A DNA stretch of 64,000 nt from Candidatus Poribacteria bacterium (GCA_965208675.1 OZ242351.1:3584001-3648000), one strand, 5' to 3'. Shown: positions 32,869-43,433, counted from the stretch's first letter. The notes: a model not told the origin generated them from the sequence alone. Numbers and translations are program-made.

Positions 32869-33351
32869 ATGGGTATGAGAGATAAATCACGCAGAACGAA
32901 AAAAAGATGGAAACGTAGATGGAAACCAGCAATTAAACGGAAAATCACGGTAAGGAAAAACGAGAATGTCTCCTACAATACTCACGTATTCAACGGAATC
33001 CGAAAACTAGGTATAATTCTCAGAGATTTGCAAGCAGGAGCTACATTAAACAAACGCACTGTAGAACGCATCCTGGCCAACCTACGCCGGTTGTACAAAA
33101 TCAGAAAATTTTCGCCAAAAACCATAAACCACATAAACGATATAAAACGTAAAATTGAAGCCGCAAGTAAGCACACAACATTAAAACCATCCAAGAGCAA
33201 GAGTCCTGTTAAGCACCTCCACGAGCCTAGTAAAGGCACATATTGCCCCCGATGCGACATGAAATACCTTAAAGTATTCCATGACGAATATCGAACACGG
33301 ACAGAACTTTGCACTTTTTGTGGATATAAAAATGAAATTAGCCTTTTTTGA
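32869..33351 (+). CDS. Basic hypothetical protein with C-terminal Zn ribbon
   Basis: Lys/Arg-rich; YCPRCD..LCTFCG; AT-rich DNA. Confidence 0.55.
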   Translation: MGMRDKSRRTKKRWKRRWKPAIKRKITVRKNENVSYNTHVFNGIRKLGIILRDLQAGATLNKRTVERILANLRRLYKIRKFSPKTINHINDIKRKIEAASKHTTLKPSKSKSPVKHLHEPSKGTYCPRCDMKYLKVFHDEYRTRTELCTFCGYKNEISLF

Positions 33352-34064
33352 GACGGTTGAGAAACAAGCACCATTTGTATTTCAGGACAGCGCCTCCTCG
33401 TAAATCAACTTCGAGTTCATGGAAATGAGCAGGTGTACTTGCCATCAGGCGCCGCAATTGATGTGGCAATATAAAATTCGACACTACACGCTCAATGATT
33501 TCTAGGGTATTGTGTGGCACGGAAGAGAGGTTGGAGAACGACAAAAAGCGTTGGGTTTCGCTACACCCTGCAAATCACGAACGCATTCGACCGAACGAAA
33601 CCCATTCGTAAATATCCCCGTATTTGACCATTTTCGCTCTACCCAACCGACAGAAACTTACGCAATTCAGTTTGTAGTAGCACAATTTATTGCGCGTCCG
33701 GCAGGTCGTTCGCTTCCTTGATCTGACATGTTGTGTTATGCAGTAACGGGCAATGAAGAGGGAACTCTATCGCCTTCGCTATTCGCTCAGTTGATCCCTA
33801 CTACATACCTTTGGGCGTTCAACGGCGTAACTCCTATTTTTGGCAAAGTTTGAATATTTTCATAGTTTTTCATAGTGAGGTTTCGCGCCGCGTCCGATGA
33901 AAACCGCCTGAAGATCCGTCCACGACTGGATTTCCGTCCGTTTTCTCCGCAAATTGGAACTACATCAGAACGGCGCGAAACTATGAAAACTATGAAATTT
34001 TTGAATATCTGTAAAGTTGCAATACCCGCTTTCGCAACCCTTTTTTCAAATGATATTAGGTATG

Positions 34065-34102
34065 GTTTCAACAATCCACCGAAATCTGGTTAGCGACCGA
34101 AC
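34065..34102 (+). other. Possible solitary degenerate CRISPR repeat after a leader-like region
   Basis: GTTTCAACAATCCACCGAAATCTGGTTAGCGACCGAAC; single copy, no array, no cas genes. Confidence 0.3.
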
Positions 34103-34246
34103 AAGGAACGCTATAGGTTTCGTGTCGGTGAAGACTATCGCCTTCGCTATTCACTCAGTTGATGTTTTTACTTACCCCCAATGTTTAGACAGTAATGCTC
34201 GTCTATTAAGGTGTAATTGCTAGACAATCCGGCTATGCTTCAACAC

Positions 34247-35077
34247 CTAGGATTTTTGAAAATACACCTCATGAGGTGTTCTAGTATTGAGCGACGTATG
34301 AAGCCGCTCCTCATTATAAAACTTGAAATAGTTGTTCAAGCCACACCAAACCGCGTGAACTGAGTCATAAGCGTGAAGATACACATGTTCATACTTGACG
34401 GTCCGCCAGAGCCGCTCAATTAAAATGTTGTCAAACACGCTGCCAGCACCAGTCCAACTGATGGCAATGTTAGCCGATTCAAGCCGAGTCGTAAAGGCAT
34501 CTGACGTGAACTGCGCGCCCTGGTCGCTATTGAATATCAAAGGGCTAGAACAACTCAATGCCCGTTCCAGTGCCGATAGACAAAAGTAAACGTCTAGTGT
34601 ATTTGACAATTCCCATGATAACACATATCGAGAGTACCAATCCATAATCGCCACTAGATACACAAAGCCGGTGTTCAAACGGATATAGGTGATATCAGTT
34701 GCCCATACCTGGTCCGGTCGAGTGATAATTGAATCCTTCAGTAGATAAGCATACTTTTTCGACGGCCTGCCGTGCTTGGAGAGACGGGGCTTGGGATAGA
34801 TGGCAACTAAGTCCATCTTTCGCATCAACCGAGCAATCCGTTTCCGGTTGACAGCGTGGCCATTATCACATAGCCAGTCCGTCATTCGAGGGACACCGTA
34901 GCACGGCGTTTTAATGTACTGTTCATCAATCAGACGCATATAAAGCAGGTTTTCCGGCGATTCTTCCGCTGCGGGTTGATAATAATACGAAGCGCGCGGC
35001 AACCCTAACAGTTCGCACTGTCTCGAAACCGATGGAGCACCGCGCTCTTGCTTGACAAGCCGCCGCTTCTGTGCTAA
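34247..35077 (-). CDS. IS3 OrfB DDE transposase (via -1 frameshift)
   Basis: SVSRQCELLG, WATDITY, NSDQGAQF, IERLWRTVKYE. Confidence 0.9.
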   Translation of the reverse strand, partial: LAQKRRLVKQERGAPSVSRQCELLGLPRASYYYQPAAEESPENLLYMRLIDEQYIKTPCYGVPRMTDWLCDNGHAVNRKRIARLMRKMDLVAIYPKPRLSKHGRPSKKYAYLLKDSIITRPDQVWATDITYIRLNTGFVYLVAIMDWYSRYVLSWELSNTLDVYFCLSALERALSCSSPLIFNSDQGAQFTSDAFTTRLESANIAISWTGAGSVFDNILIERLWRTVKYEHVYLHAYDSVHAVWCGLNNYFKFYNEERLHTSLNTRTPHEVYFQKS

Positions 35078-35361
35078 TGGAGCATTCGAGTTTTTTTTTG
35101 AAGCCAGTCTAGTTCTACCTTCAACTGACCGATTTGCCGGTAGAGTTCAGCTATAAGGCGGTCGTTGTCGGAAGTTGATTGCGTGTGTCCGTTCGCAAAT
35201 AGCTGGGGTGATTGTTCCAGAATCTGTCTTTTCCACTGCCTGACCTGATTCGGGTGGACTTCGTAGTCACTGGCAATCTGCGCCATGGTGCGTTCATTTT
35301 TAATGGCTTCAATCGCCACCTGCGCTTTGAATCGATTATCGTACTGTTTTCTACGAGCCAT
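35074..35361 (-). CDS. IS3 OrfA
   Basis: FKAQVAIEAIK, VHPNQV..WK, LYRQIGQLKVELDWLQKK with poly-A slip site. Confidence 0.92.
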   Translation of the reverse strand: MARRKQYDNRFKAQVAIEAIKNERTMAQIASDYEVHPNQVRQWKRQILEQSPQLFANGHTQSTSDNDRLIAELYRQIGQLKVELDWLQKKTRMLH

Positions 35362-36021
35362 GTTAAACAAACTCCTTTCGCAATTCTTGGCATTGCTGAG
35401 CCTTATTATGGCTCATAACATGGCCGTTTTGACAGCAACAATTCCACCTTAAGACACTGTCTAGTTTTTGGGGGTAATTATAGTTGGGTTTCGCTTTCCG
35501 ATAATTTCTCTTAAACCATTTCGCCCTTGAAACCAGCCCTAGCTAGGAGACAACTCTTGCTGTAACTGCTCTACCCAACCTACAAGAACTATCGCCCTCG
35601 TTATTCACTCGGTTGATCCTCCTTGGTAAGGAGGGGAATGAACATTGAATGAACCGAAAACGATTGTCCACCGTGGGAGAGAACAATCACGCTCCCAGTT
35701 CGGCTACTTGATTGTTAGGTTACGGTACCCAGCCAATCACCTTTCCTACCAACACCGAATGTTTGAGTGCTCCCTTAATCATAGTCCATCACTCAATCAT
35801 ACAAATCACAGTTCAGACCGCCGCCGTTCCACCTACCGCGAATTTCCCCCTTTTTTTATAGACTGTAAAAACTGTAATTTTCTGCCTCAACATCAGGTAG
35901 GGGAGAATGTAGTTCGACGCCTGCAGCATGTACCTCGACAGGTTTTGCATTCTTGTGTTACAATTACGAGATACTTATGCGTCTTTCAACATTTCACTTT
36001 ATGAAATAGGAGGATTTAAGC

Positions 36022-36600
36022 GTGAAAAAGCGATTCATAGCCTTTGGAAGAGTAGCTTCAATGCTATCTCTGCTGGTTGGGGTTTCGGTTGTTTTGGTGA
36101 GTTGCGATGGGAAACAGAAGAAAGAGACCGCTGCGACGCCGCCGAAACAGGCGACAGCAACGATCAGTTCGGCGAGCGGCAGCGAGGTGACCGGTACGGC
36201 GGTTTTCAAACAGAGCGGCGATTCAATCACCCTCACCGTTGAGATTCAGAACGCGGCGCCGGGACTCCACGCCGTTCATATCCACGAGGTCGGGGATTGC
36301 AGCTCGCCCGACGGGAAGTCGGCAGGCGGGCATTGGAATCCGACGGAAGCCGCGCACGGAGAATGGGGAGTCGGAGAATTTCACCTCGGGGACATCGGCA
36401 ACATGACGGTTGGCGACGACGGCACCGGCAAAATCGAATTAACGACAGACAAGTGGGAGATGGGAACCGGTTCCATCCGAGATATTGTCGGAAAAGGTAT
36501 TATCGTCCATGCGGGCGCGGACGATTTTACGTCGCAGCCGTCTGGGGCTGCGGGTGCACGAATCGGCTGCGGGGCGATTGCGTTGGCAGCGTCGCAGTGA
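36022..36600 (+). CDS. sodC: Cu/Zn superoxide dismutase lipoprotein
   Basis: Lipobox LVSC; HAVHIHE, GGHWNP, HLGDIGN, IVHAGADD, GARIGCG. Confidence 0.93.
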   Translation: MKKRFIAFGRVASMLSLLVGVSVVLVSCDGKQKKETAATPPKQATATISSASGSEVTGTAVFKQSGDSITLTVEIQNAAPGLHAVHIHEVGDCSSPDGKSAGGHWNPTEAAHGEWGVGEFHLGDIGNMTVGDDGTGKIELTTDKWEMGTGSIRDIVGKGIIVHAGADDFTSQPSGAAGARIGCGAIALAASQ

Positions 36601-36655
36601 TGTGTGAGTCATGTGAAGGCGGGGGCGCTCTGATATTGCTGGCTGAACGATCAGG

Positions 36656-37138
36656 TCAATTAGAGTTCTGCCAGCCCCAAACCTCGCTCCCGATTTGAGA
36701 AATCAGGTCGGTGAGTTCGGTATCACCCGATTTTTTGGCGAGTTCCATCGCAGTTTCGTAATCATCAAGAGAGGCGAGGTTATGGTGTGCATCACCCGTG
36801 CGTACGCCCCACTCGAACTTGGTTATCCCGCGATGGAGGTATGCTAAAGCGTCATTTGGCTCAAGTTGAATAGCGGTGTCGTAATCAAGTATAGCGGCGT
36901 CGTACTGTTTTAACGCCGCCTTCACGATGCCTCGACTGACATAGGCATCCGAATTGTCAGGCTCTAGAAGGATGATGGTGTCGTACTCTTGCAACTTCGC
37001 CTTTGCATCACTCTCTTCTGGGGAGTCAGCTTGGCGTTCCACCTCGGCTTGGTAGATTCTAACGCTTGCGGCAACCAGTCCGCAGACCAAGAAAGCCACC
37101 GCAACACTCATCAACCACGATTTTATTTTATGCTTCAT
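36656..37138 (-). CDS. Membrane-anchored TPR protein
   Basis: N-terminal TM; AYVSRG..YDAAILDYDTAIQLEPNDALAYLHRG. Confidence 0.8.
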   Translation of the reverse strand: MKHKIKSWLMSVAVAFLVCGLVAASVRIYQAEVERQADSPEESDAKAKLQEYDTIILLEPDNSDAYVSRGIVKAALKQYDAAILDYDTAIQLEPNDALAYLHRGITKFEWGVRTGDAHHNLASLDDYETAMELAKKSGDTELTDLISQIGSEVWGWQNSN

Positions 37139-37635
37139 CTGTTCTCCTATTTTGAAAAAACCAAAATCCGTCGTCATCGGTCAACGCTAAGTCGGTAATT
37201 CTAACACAAAACGAGAGAAATTCAAAGAAAAAATTTAATCCAGATTCAAAGATAATGCCGCTGCCATTCAACTGTCATTCCCCTCCATGCCAAGGAGGGC
37301 GTCGGTTGGTAAAATAGAACGAATGAAAAACCGCTAGGGTTACATTTCGATTTCGTAGGGTGTCGCGATTCGGAGATCGCTCCGACGTTGCGTTCTAGAG
37401 GTAGGAAGGATCAACCTAATGAATAGTGAGGGCGATAGTTTTCGTAAATTTCAACCGACCGAATTGCGACGGCGATAGTTTTTCATTCCCCTCCTTACCA
37501 AGGAGGGGCTAGGGGAGGTTGTCTGTTGAGTAGATTGAGTGGGATCCGCCGATAGTCCAACCCAAAAGAGATTTTGCAGTGCAGTTCCGTGCGGTTTTCC
37601 AAACTCTGTAGCAGATCGCCTCCAACAGAATAACC

Positions 37636-38727
37636 TTGTCCGCTGACCTTTCCGCAACAATTGAACAAATCGCCGACCATCTCCGGGTTGACGCCGCCAG
37701 TCTTCAGATAACCCCCGTACGTCACGGCAGGCTTGAGCGGAACAACGTCTGGCGGTTAAATTCTCCTGAGAAGAGCTATATTCTCAAACAGCATCTTATC
37801 GCTCACCCAGTAGCGAAAACGGCTTTCTCCCCATATCAGATTGAAACTGCGGTACTCCCAATTTTGTATCGGGCGGGTTGCCGCGTCCCTCAAGTTGTAT
37901 GGAAGTCTCAGGCCGATTCGATGCTGCTGTTGGAAGTGTGCGGCGAAAACACGCTCGACGATCTCGCGCAAGCGTCGTCCGCCGAAATCCTCGTGCCGAT
38001 TACCCGGAACGCGGTTCGGGAATTCTGCCGACTGGAATTGGCGTTTGGCGACCGGGCAGAAGCCATCCAACCTTACATCTATCCGTCAGATTCGCCCCTA
38101 GATGAAACACTGGACGGGATATTGGGTCAAGGCAGAAAAACCATGGAGTATCTAGCATGGTTGAGTGGCGGACCGATGCGTCCGAAGGAGCAGGCGAACC
38201 TGGACGAGGTTTGGGAGCACATGTCTAACTGTCTACACAATGCAGAAGCGAGGTTGGGAAGCTTGGATTATAACGCACGGAACGTGGTGGTCGACGGTGA
38301 CAGACCGGCTTTCATCGATTTTGCGAGCATTGGTTGGGACTGGGGAGAAAGGCGTCTGGTTCAAACGTTCAATAGTCTCGGGGCGCATCGATCGGGCGGA
38401 CGGTTTGTCAGCACCTTAAACCGGGAGGTTATCGGCGAATACGCAAGCCAGTCAGCGCAGGGGAGATTGGACGAAGCTGAGATTCGAGTGGATTATCACA
38501 ACATACTCTTCTACCTTTCTGTCGTGTATCGGCTCTTGCAGGCGATTGCTCAGCCGGAGCGTGAAGCGAGCATATTCCTGTTAGACGCGTGGGGCGATGC
38601 CAAGGCGAGACTGCGGCAGGCGATAGACCTACTTGCAGATACTCCGCTGAGTGGCAACCCGTACGCCGCACGGCTCCGGAGCATTATCAGCGAATGGCGA
38701 TCGGCTGCCGCGAAGAGCGGCGATTGA
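37636..38727 (+). CDS. Aminoglycoside/choline phosphotransferase-like kinase
   Basis: YILKQ, DYNARNV, FIDF. Confidence 0.78.
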   Translation: MSADLSATIEQIADHLRVDAASLQITPVRHGRLERNNVWRLNSPEKSYILKQHLIAHPVAKTAFSPYQIETAVLPILYRAGCRVPQVVWKSQADSMLLLEVCGENTLDDLAQASSAEILVPITRNAVREFCRLELAFGDRAEAIQPYIYPSDSPLDETLDGILGQGRKTMEYLAWLSGGPMRPKEQANLDEVWEHMSNCLHNAEARLGSLDYNARNVVVDGDRPAFIDFASIGWDWGERRLVQTFNSLGAHRSGGRFVSTLNREVIGEYASQSAQGRLDEAEIRVDYHNILFYLSVVYRLLQAIAQPEREASIFLLDAWGDAKARLRQAIDLLADTPLSGNPYAARLRSIISEWRSAAAKSGD

Positions 38728-38770
38728 AAGCTATGAAAGCAACTGAAATACAACAGACATGCTTCTAATT

Positions 38771-39532
38771 TCAACCTAACTTTTGGCAAACGTAAATAAT
38801 CCCCGGATACGGAACAACTGATTCGACAAAAATCTCATCACAGACTTTTAGGTTGGTGCTGCGAATCAGTTGCCGCCACAACTCAGGTGGATGGTGGTTT
38901 GGACGAATTTGCGTCGTTACGCCGTACACCCCAACGGTTCGCTTGATTCGCTCCTCAACGTTGACGTACCGATATTTCCACTGCGGCACCGTCGTGTTAT
39001 CTTTAATCAACAGAATACCGCGCGGTTCGAGCGAATCGGCGCAGGCGGCAAGAATGTGTCTTTGGGTTTCATCGGAAAAAAAGGATAGAATATCAATCAA
39101 GAGGAGCGCATCGCCCGGCGGTACCGGTGTCTGCGCGACATCGCCGCACTGAAAGGTCACTTGCCCCAGATCGCGAGCCGCCTCTTTGGCGATTGCAACA
39201 CGTACAGGGGAGGCTTCAATGCCGAGAATCTTTGCTTCTCGCCGCAACGCTGCCATTAGGCTGATTAGCCCGTACCCGGATCCCAAATCCACTAACCGCT
39301 CCGCTGTGGTGGGAACATGCCGATCTATCGCCTTCAGGATGGGTTGTAGACATATCAGACGCGCCCAAATCTTAACCCGTTCGCGGACGGCGGCATGGGC
39401 GTAACGATTCATAAGCCAGCGTACATCAGGGAGCGCCATCGGTCCCTCTCCGAACAGATACGATAACCTGTACAGCACCGGCGCGATCACGCTGTCAACC
39501 GCAGAACGCCGCTGACTCCGTTCTATCCCCAT
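38771..39532 (-). CDS. Class I SAM-dependent methyltransferase (start may be ~39439)
   Basis: LVDLGSGYG, GIEAS, L.PRGILLIKD. Confidence 0.85.
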   Translation of the reverse strand: MGIERSQRRSAVDSVIAPVLYRLSYLFGEGPMALPDVRWLMNRYAHAAVRERVKIWARLICLQPILKAIDRHVPTTAERLVDLGSGYGLISLMAALRREAKILGIEASPVRVAIAKEAARDLGQVTFQCGDVAQTPVPPGDALLLIDILSFFSDETQRHILAACADSLEPRGILLIKDNTTVPQWKYRYVNVEERIKRTVGVYGVTTQIRPNHHPPELWRQLIRSTNLKVCDEIFVESVVPYPGIIYVCQKLG

Positions 39533-40323
39533 CGGGTCTCCGGCGGATCGAATAGAAACCCGTGGAACAGCTTGCGGCGCTCCTCAGACAATCGGGCGTA
39601 GAAACTCTTTTCGTACCCCCAATGCTCCGGTGAAGCCATCATCCAAGGGGGCTCATAGGCGTAATACAGCATGATGCGCGCGCCGTCGTCCAGCGTCCAT
39701 GGCCCCGCGGAATGCCAAAGCGCGTTATGAAAAAGGATGGCACTTCCGGCTGGCGCGCAGAGTTGTATCGCGCCCGGAAACAGGCCTTTTCGTTTAAGCG
39801 CTGCTGAATCCGGCTCATGCACGGCTTTGTGGCTGCCGGGAACCACACATAGGTTTCCGCGCCCCGGCTCGGTCATGTCGGTCAGATAGTATCCGATTTT
39901 AAGCTGCAGCAGGGGGATTGGGGGACCCAGGCCGCGGTATCCATAGTCGCGGCCGTCTCTATGCCATCCCATCTCTCGATCCCTTGTGCTGTACTCAACG
40001 ATTGCGTCGGAGGCATGATGGTGCGGATGTTCATGGAGCAGTTCCGTGACGTACGGAAACATCGGCGGATAATCGAGCATGTCCAGAAACAGCGGGTCGT
40101 CGTCCAGAATATAGAAAATACGCGTGTTGCCGCCTTGGATATCGGTTCTCCCGGTGTGCGGGATTTCACGTTCCTGAAGCCCCCGCCTCCGCGTAACCGC
40201 AGCGTGCAATGCTTCCAATAGGCGCGCGACAAGGTCCTTGCTCAGGAAACTTTCTAGAACAAGGTAACCGTTGTTGTCGAAGAAGAAGCGTTCTGATTGC
40301 GTGAGTTCGGTCATGTTTGTCAC
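39523..40323 (-). CDS. Phytanoyl-CoA dioxygenase (PhyH) family
   Basis: NGYLVL, WHRD, VPGSHK, LFH..LWH. Confidence 0.9.
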   Translation of the reverse strand: MTNMTELTQSERFFFDNNGYLVLESFLSKDLVARLLEALHAAVTRRRGLQEREIPHTGRTDIQGGNTRIFYILDDDPLFLDMLDYPPMFPYVTELLHEHPHHHASDAIVEYSTRDREMGWHRDGRDYGYRGLGPPIPLLQLKIGYYLTDMTEPGRGNLCVVPGSHKAVHEPDSAALKRKGLFPGAIQLCAPAGSAILFHNALWHSAGPWTLDDGARIMLYYAYEPPWMMASPEHWGYEKSFYARLSEERRKLFHGFLFDPPETRWG

Positions 40324-40380
40324 GATTCGTCGGTGTGCAGTGTCATATCCTCCAACGGACGTCGGAAAGCGGAAGTGATA

Positions 40381-40587
40381 CTAGGGCGTGTTGACATTTG
40401 GCATCCCGTAGGTTGAATTGAACGGTTAAACGGCAGTCCCTATCAAGTACAAAGGAATCTTTTGTAACACAATCTGTTAGATTGTGATGCGAGCCCGCAA
40501 ACTAACAGTTTGCGCTACTTATATCAGATTATCCAATGGTGACAACGTTTGCCGAATCAGTAGCCTCAAAATGTCAACAGAACCTAG
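40381..40587 (+). mobile_element. ~200-bp MITE, copy 2, CTAG-flanked
   Basis: ctag-GGCGTGTTGACATTT...AAATGTCAACAGAAC-ctag; near-identical to 16757-16958. Confidence 0.92.
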
Positions 40588-40976
40588 TCCTTTTCCGTTG
40601 GCGCGATCGCCGATTCAAGATTACCGAGGAATTCTATCGTTTCGCCCGTTGAGGGCTTTGTGCGTTGAAACTTCTCTTGGTAGGCTTTCAGCGCGCGATA
40701 GAGACGGACGAGATTGGCACGCCGATCGGCGTTTGCGTCCCGGACTCTCTCAAATTGAGAACGAACCTCCGCCTCCGAGACCCCATCCGGACGATTCTTA
40801 AGCAAATGCTCCTCGACCTTGTCCAGCGCGCGCCCTGCCATCCAGTATCGTGCGCCTTCAACGCCGCCGAGCCGCATGTAGACGAATATTCCTGCGGCTA
40901 GGATTAGGAGCCCAAAAATCAGCAGGAAACCCAGTACCCGCCGGTAACAACCCTTCAGCTTATCCGTCCGCGCCAT
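40584..40976 (-). CDS. Membrane-anchored hypothetical protein
   Basis: N-terminal TM, helical; in operon. Confidence 0.75.
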   Translation of the reverse strand: MARTDKLKGCYRRVLGFLLIFGLLILAAGIFVYMRLGGVEGARYWMAGRALDKVEEHLLKNRPDGVSEAEVRSQFERVRDANADRRANLVRLYRALKAYQEKFQRTKPSTGETIEFLGNLESAIAPTEKD

Positions 40977-40979
40977 GCG

Positions 40980-42110
40980 CTACAACTCCCCTCCACGAAT
41001 CGTTAAGTAGGGTTGCAGTTTCTGATTCCCAACGAGCACCGTACCGTGTGTGTCGCGAAACTCAAATTCGCCGGAGATGCAGTCAAAGACTGCGACATCG
41101 GCGACCGTTCCAATCTTAAGATGTCCGAGTTCAGCTTCACGCCGAATCGCTTTTGCCGCGGCAATGGTCGATTTCTCAAGCACCTCTTCAAGAGAAAGCC
41201 CAAGATGCAGAAATTTGGACAATGTGGTTGGTAAATCGTACACGGGCCCGTTGATATTGCCTGTATGCAAGTCGGTACTGATAACATCGGAGATAAATCC
41301 CTGTTCCATAGCGCGTTGCGCGACTTCGTAAGAGAAACTGCCCATGCCGTGCCCCACATCAAAAATAACGCCGTCGTTTCGCGCCGACCATGCCTCGGGA
41401 ATGACACGTCCTTTGTCATCAATGATGCTATCGCCGCGCCCTTGAAAACAGTGCGTAATCACATCTCCCGGACGCATCAGTTTCAACACATCCGGCAGCG
41501 GTACGCCGGCGCCGATGTGGCACATCACGGGGGTATCTGCAAGCTCCGCCGCCTCAATCGCTAGCTTCAACGGTTCGACCCCGTTGCCGCCGACTTGCTC
41601 TGCGCCTTGGCGGACCTTGACGCCGATTGTGATGTCCGGGTTTCGCATCAGCGTTTCGGCAACCTCGCCGGGATTCGCATATTCGAGCTCGTGCATCTCG
41701 CCGACCGGTCCGTAGACCAGACCGATTCCGGAGATGTGGATGTAGGAGAGTACACGGGTTCGGGCGGGTTGCACGACATATTCTCGAAGGCCGGGAAACG
41801 TTACCCAGCTTGAACTGCCGGCATCAACGATTGTCGTAACGCCTGTTGTGGTACAAACCGGATCGGCTTTGATTCCCCATGTCGTCACACCTGCGTAGAC
41901 GTGGGCATGGATATCCACCAAGCCGGGTGTAACGTATTTTTCAGTAACGAAAACCGTCTGCTTTGCCTGATTCGCCGGGATATCGCGTTCAATGGCGGCA
42001 ACTTTGCCATCGGCGATTGCAACATCTCGCTGATCGTGCAGCTGCTGCGCCGAATCAATAACCGTTCCGCCTTTAAGCAGTATGTCGTATTTCATCTCTC
42101 TTGCCTCCAC
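40980..42110 (-). CDS. Amidohydrolase/deacetylase family metallohydrolase (dihydroorotase-like)
   Basis: PGLVDIHAH, GVTTIVDAGS, GDVITHC, DVGHG, ISTDLH. Confidence 0.9.
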   Translation of the reverse strand: MEAREMKYDILLKGGTVIDSAQQLHDQRDVAIADGKVAAIERDIPANQAKQTVFVTEKYVTPGLVDIHAHVYAGVTTWGIKADPVCTTTGVTTIVDAGSSSWVTFPGLREYVVQPARTRVLSYIHISGIGLVYGPVGEMHELEYANPGEVAETLMRNPDITIGVKVRQGAEQVGGNGVEPLKLAIEAAELADTPVMCHIGAGVPLPDVLKLMRPGDVITHCFQGRGDSIIDDKGRVIPEAWSARNDGVIFDVGHGMGSFSYEVAQRAMEQGFISDVISTDLHTGNINGPVYDLPTTLSKFLHLGLSLEEVLEKSTIAAAKAIRREAELGHLKIGTVADVAVFDCISGEFEFRDTHGTVLVGNQKLQPYLTIRGGEL

Positions 42111-42119
42111 CCCGCGCTT

Positions 42120-42800
42120 TCACACACCGCGCCGGTTCCCCCAAATCTCAACGTGAACCCTCGGCGAATAGCGGTATCCGTATTCCTTGCAGACCTCCAC
42201 TAGCCATTCCTGTTTGGGTTGCAATTCTTCGGAGGTTGTACCCTGGGGCATTAGCACAATGGTCTCCGACGGGATGGAGATTTCCGTTTGCAGGGCACTG
42301 ATTTCTTCGAGATCTTCGGGCTGGTCGACGACAAATTTGACCTGGCAGTCGTATAGGTCGAGGAACTTCCGGATGACATAGGGGCAAATGCGTCCCCGTT
42401 CATGCCGCCGAAAGTATCGGTCGTCCGGATGTGGATTGGAGTTCCGAAGTTTTGGGCTCATCGAAATCAGGTGAGCCGCTACAGGGGCAAAGACTGTTGC
42501 ATTGGTTTCGACGGTGATATGGTGGCCCCGCCGGTCGAGCGTTTGGCACAATTCCATTAACGCCTTGGCTTGGATAAACGGCTCGCCCCCCGTAATCACA
42601 ACATGTTTGCAACCGTACCGCGTGATTGCCGCTGCCGCTTCCGGGACGGATATGTCCTTGTTCTCCGGAACCCACGATGTATAGGGGGTATCGCACCAAC
42701 TGCACCTCAAATTACAGTAGCTCGTCCGGAAAAAAACAGACGGCGCTCCAATGAGTTTGCCCTCGCCTTGAATAGTGTAGAAGAGCTCGCTGAACTTCAC
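42120..42800 (-). CDS. queE: 7-carboxy-7-deazaguanine synthase
   Basis: ELFYTIQGEG, CNLRCSWCDT, TGGEP, ETN, SPK, PRVH. Confidence 0.92.
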   Translation of the reverse strand: MKFSELFYTIQGEGKLIGAPSVFFRTSYCNLRCSWCDTPYTSWVPENKDISVPEAAAAITRYGCKHVVITGGEPFIQAKALMELCQTLDRRGHHITVETNATVFAPVAAHLISMSPKLRNSNPHPDDRYFRRHERGRICPYVIRKFLDLYDCQVKFVVDQPEDLEEISALQTEISIPSETIVLMPQGTTSEELQPKQEWLVEVCKEYGYRYSPRVHVEIWGNRRGV

Positions 42801-42841
42801 GTCTTAACCCTGTTTCGATCAGAATTTTCACCCTGCAAAAC

Positions 42842-43225
42842 TTAGGAGCGCTGAAGAAGCTCGATTTGCACGCCGTCAGGCCCCTTGATGAACGCAATCG
42901 TGAAGGACGGGTTGACGACTATCGGGTCACCTTCAAACTCGGCGCCCCGAGCCGTCAACTCTTCTACAGCCGCATCCATGTCCTCAACGGCAAACGCGAC
43001 TTGGTAGACTCCCCACCGCAATTTTCCGCTGTTCGGTTCGACCTCCTCCCCGGCAAGTTTGGGAGAGAAGAAAAGTCTCTGCCCGCCAACTTCGAGCTGA
43101 ACAATGGGCCGCCCTTTGACTTCCACCCGCGCCAGAACCGCGCCGCCAAACACCTTAACATAATAATCAACCGTTGATTCGAGGTCATTACAACGAAAGT
43201 GGACGTGATCGAATGTATACGCCAT
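42842..43225 (-). CDS. VOC/glyoxalase family protein
   Basis: FDHVHFR, AFAVED, GPDGVQIEL. Confidence 0.88.
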   Translation of the reverse strand: MAYTFDHVHFRCNDLESTVDYYVKVFGGAVLARVEVKGRPIVQLEVGGQRLFFSPKLAGEEVEPNSGKLRWGVYQVAFAVEDMDAAVEELTARGAEFEGDPIVVNPSFTIAFIKGPDGVQIELLQRS

Positions 43226-43404
43226 TGTGATTCTCCTTATGAATGACAAATGATGGGAACCTTTCATCCGCTTTTGCCCGCACTAAACCAAACCCCGCGG
43301 GCTTCGGAAGAATACGACTATTATAGACCAGAAGCAGAGCGAATGTAAATGGAATTCGCCCCGCCAGCCTGAAGCGAAATACCTTCACTCGGACTCATTT
43401 TTGC

Positions 43405-43433
43405 TTGACAAGACGGAAATTATCTGTTATCAT
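43405..43433 (+). promoter_or_regulatory. sigma70 promoter upstream of riboswitch
   Basis: TTGACA-17 bp-TATCAT. Confidence 0.7.

Larger units (their letters stand above)
34167..35482 (-). mobile_element. IS3-family insertion sequence, apparently intact, 3-bp TSD GTT
   Basis: IRs TATAATTACCCCCAAAAACTAGACA / TTTACTTACCCCCAATGTTTAGACA; gtt on both flanks. Confidence 0.92.

Noticed and set aside
37636-40323. Kinase + methyltransferase + PhyH as a biosynthetic or resistance cluster
   Set aside because: Kinase is convergent to the other two, there is no scaffold enzyme, and the families are generic.
42120-42800. queE as part of a dpd DNA-modification island or with a preQ1 riboswitch
   Set aside because: No dpdA or other que genes nearby; no preQ1 motif recognised.
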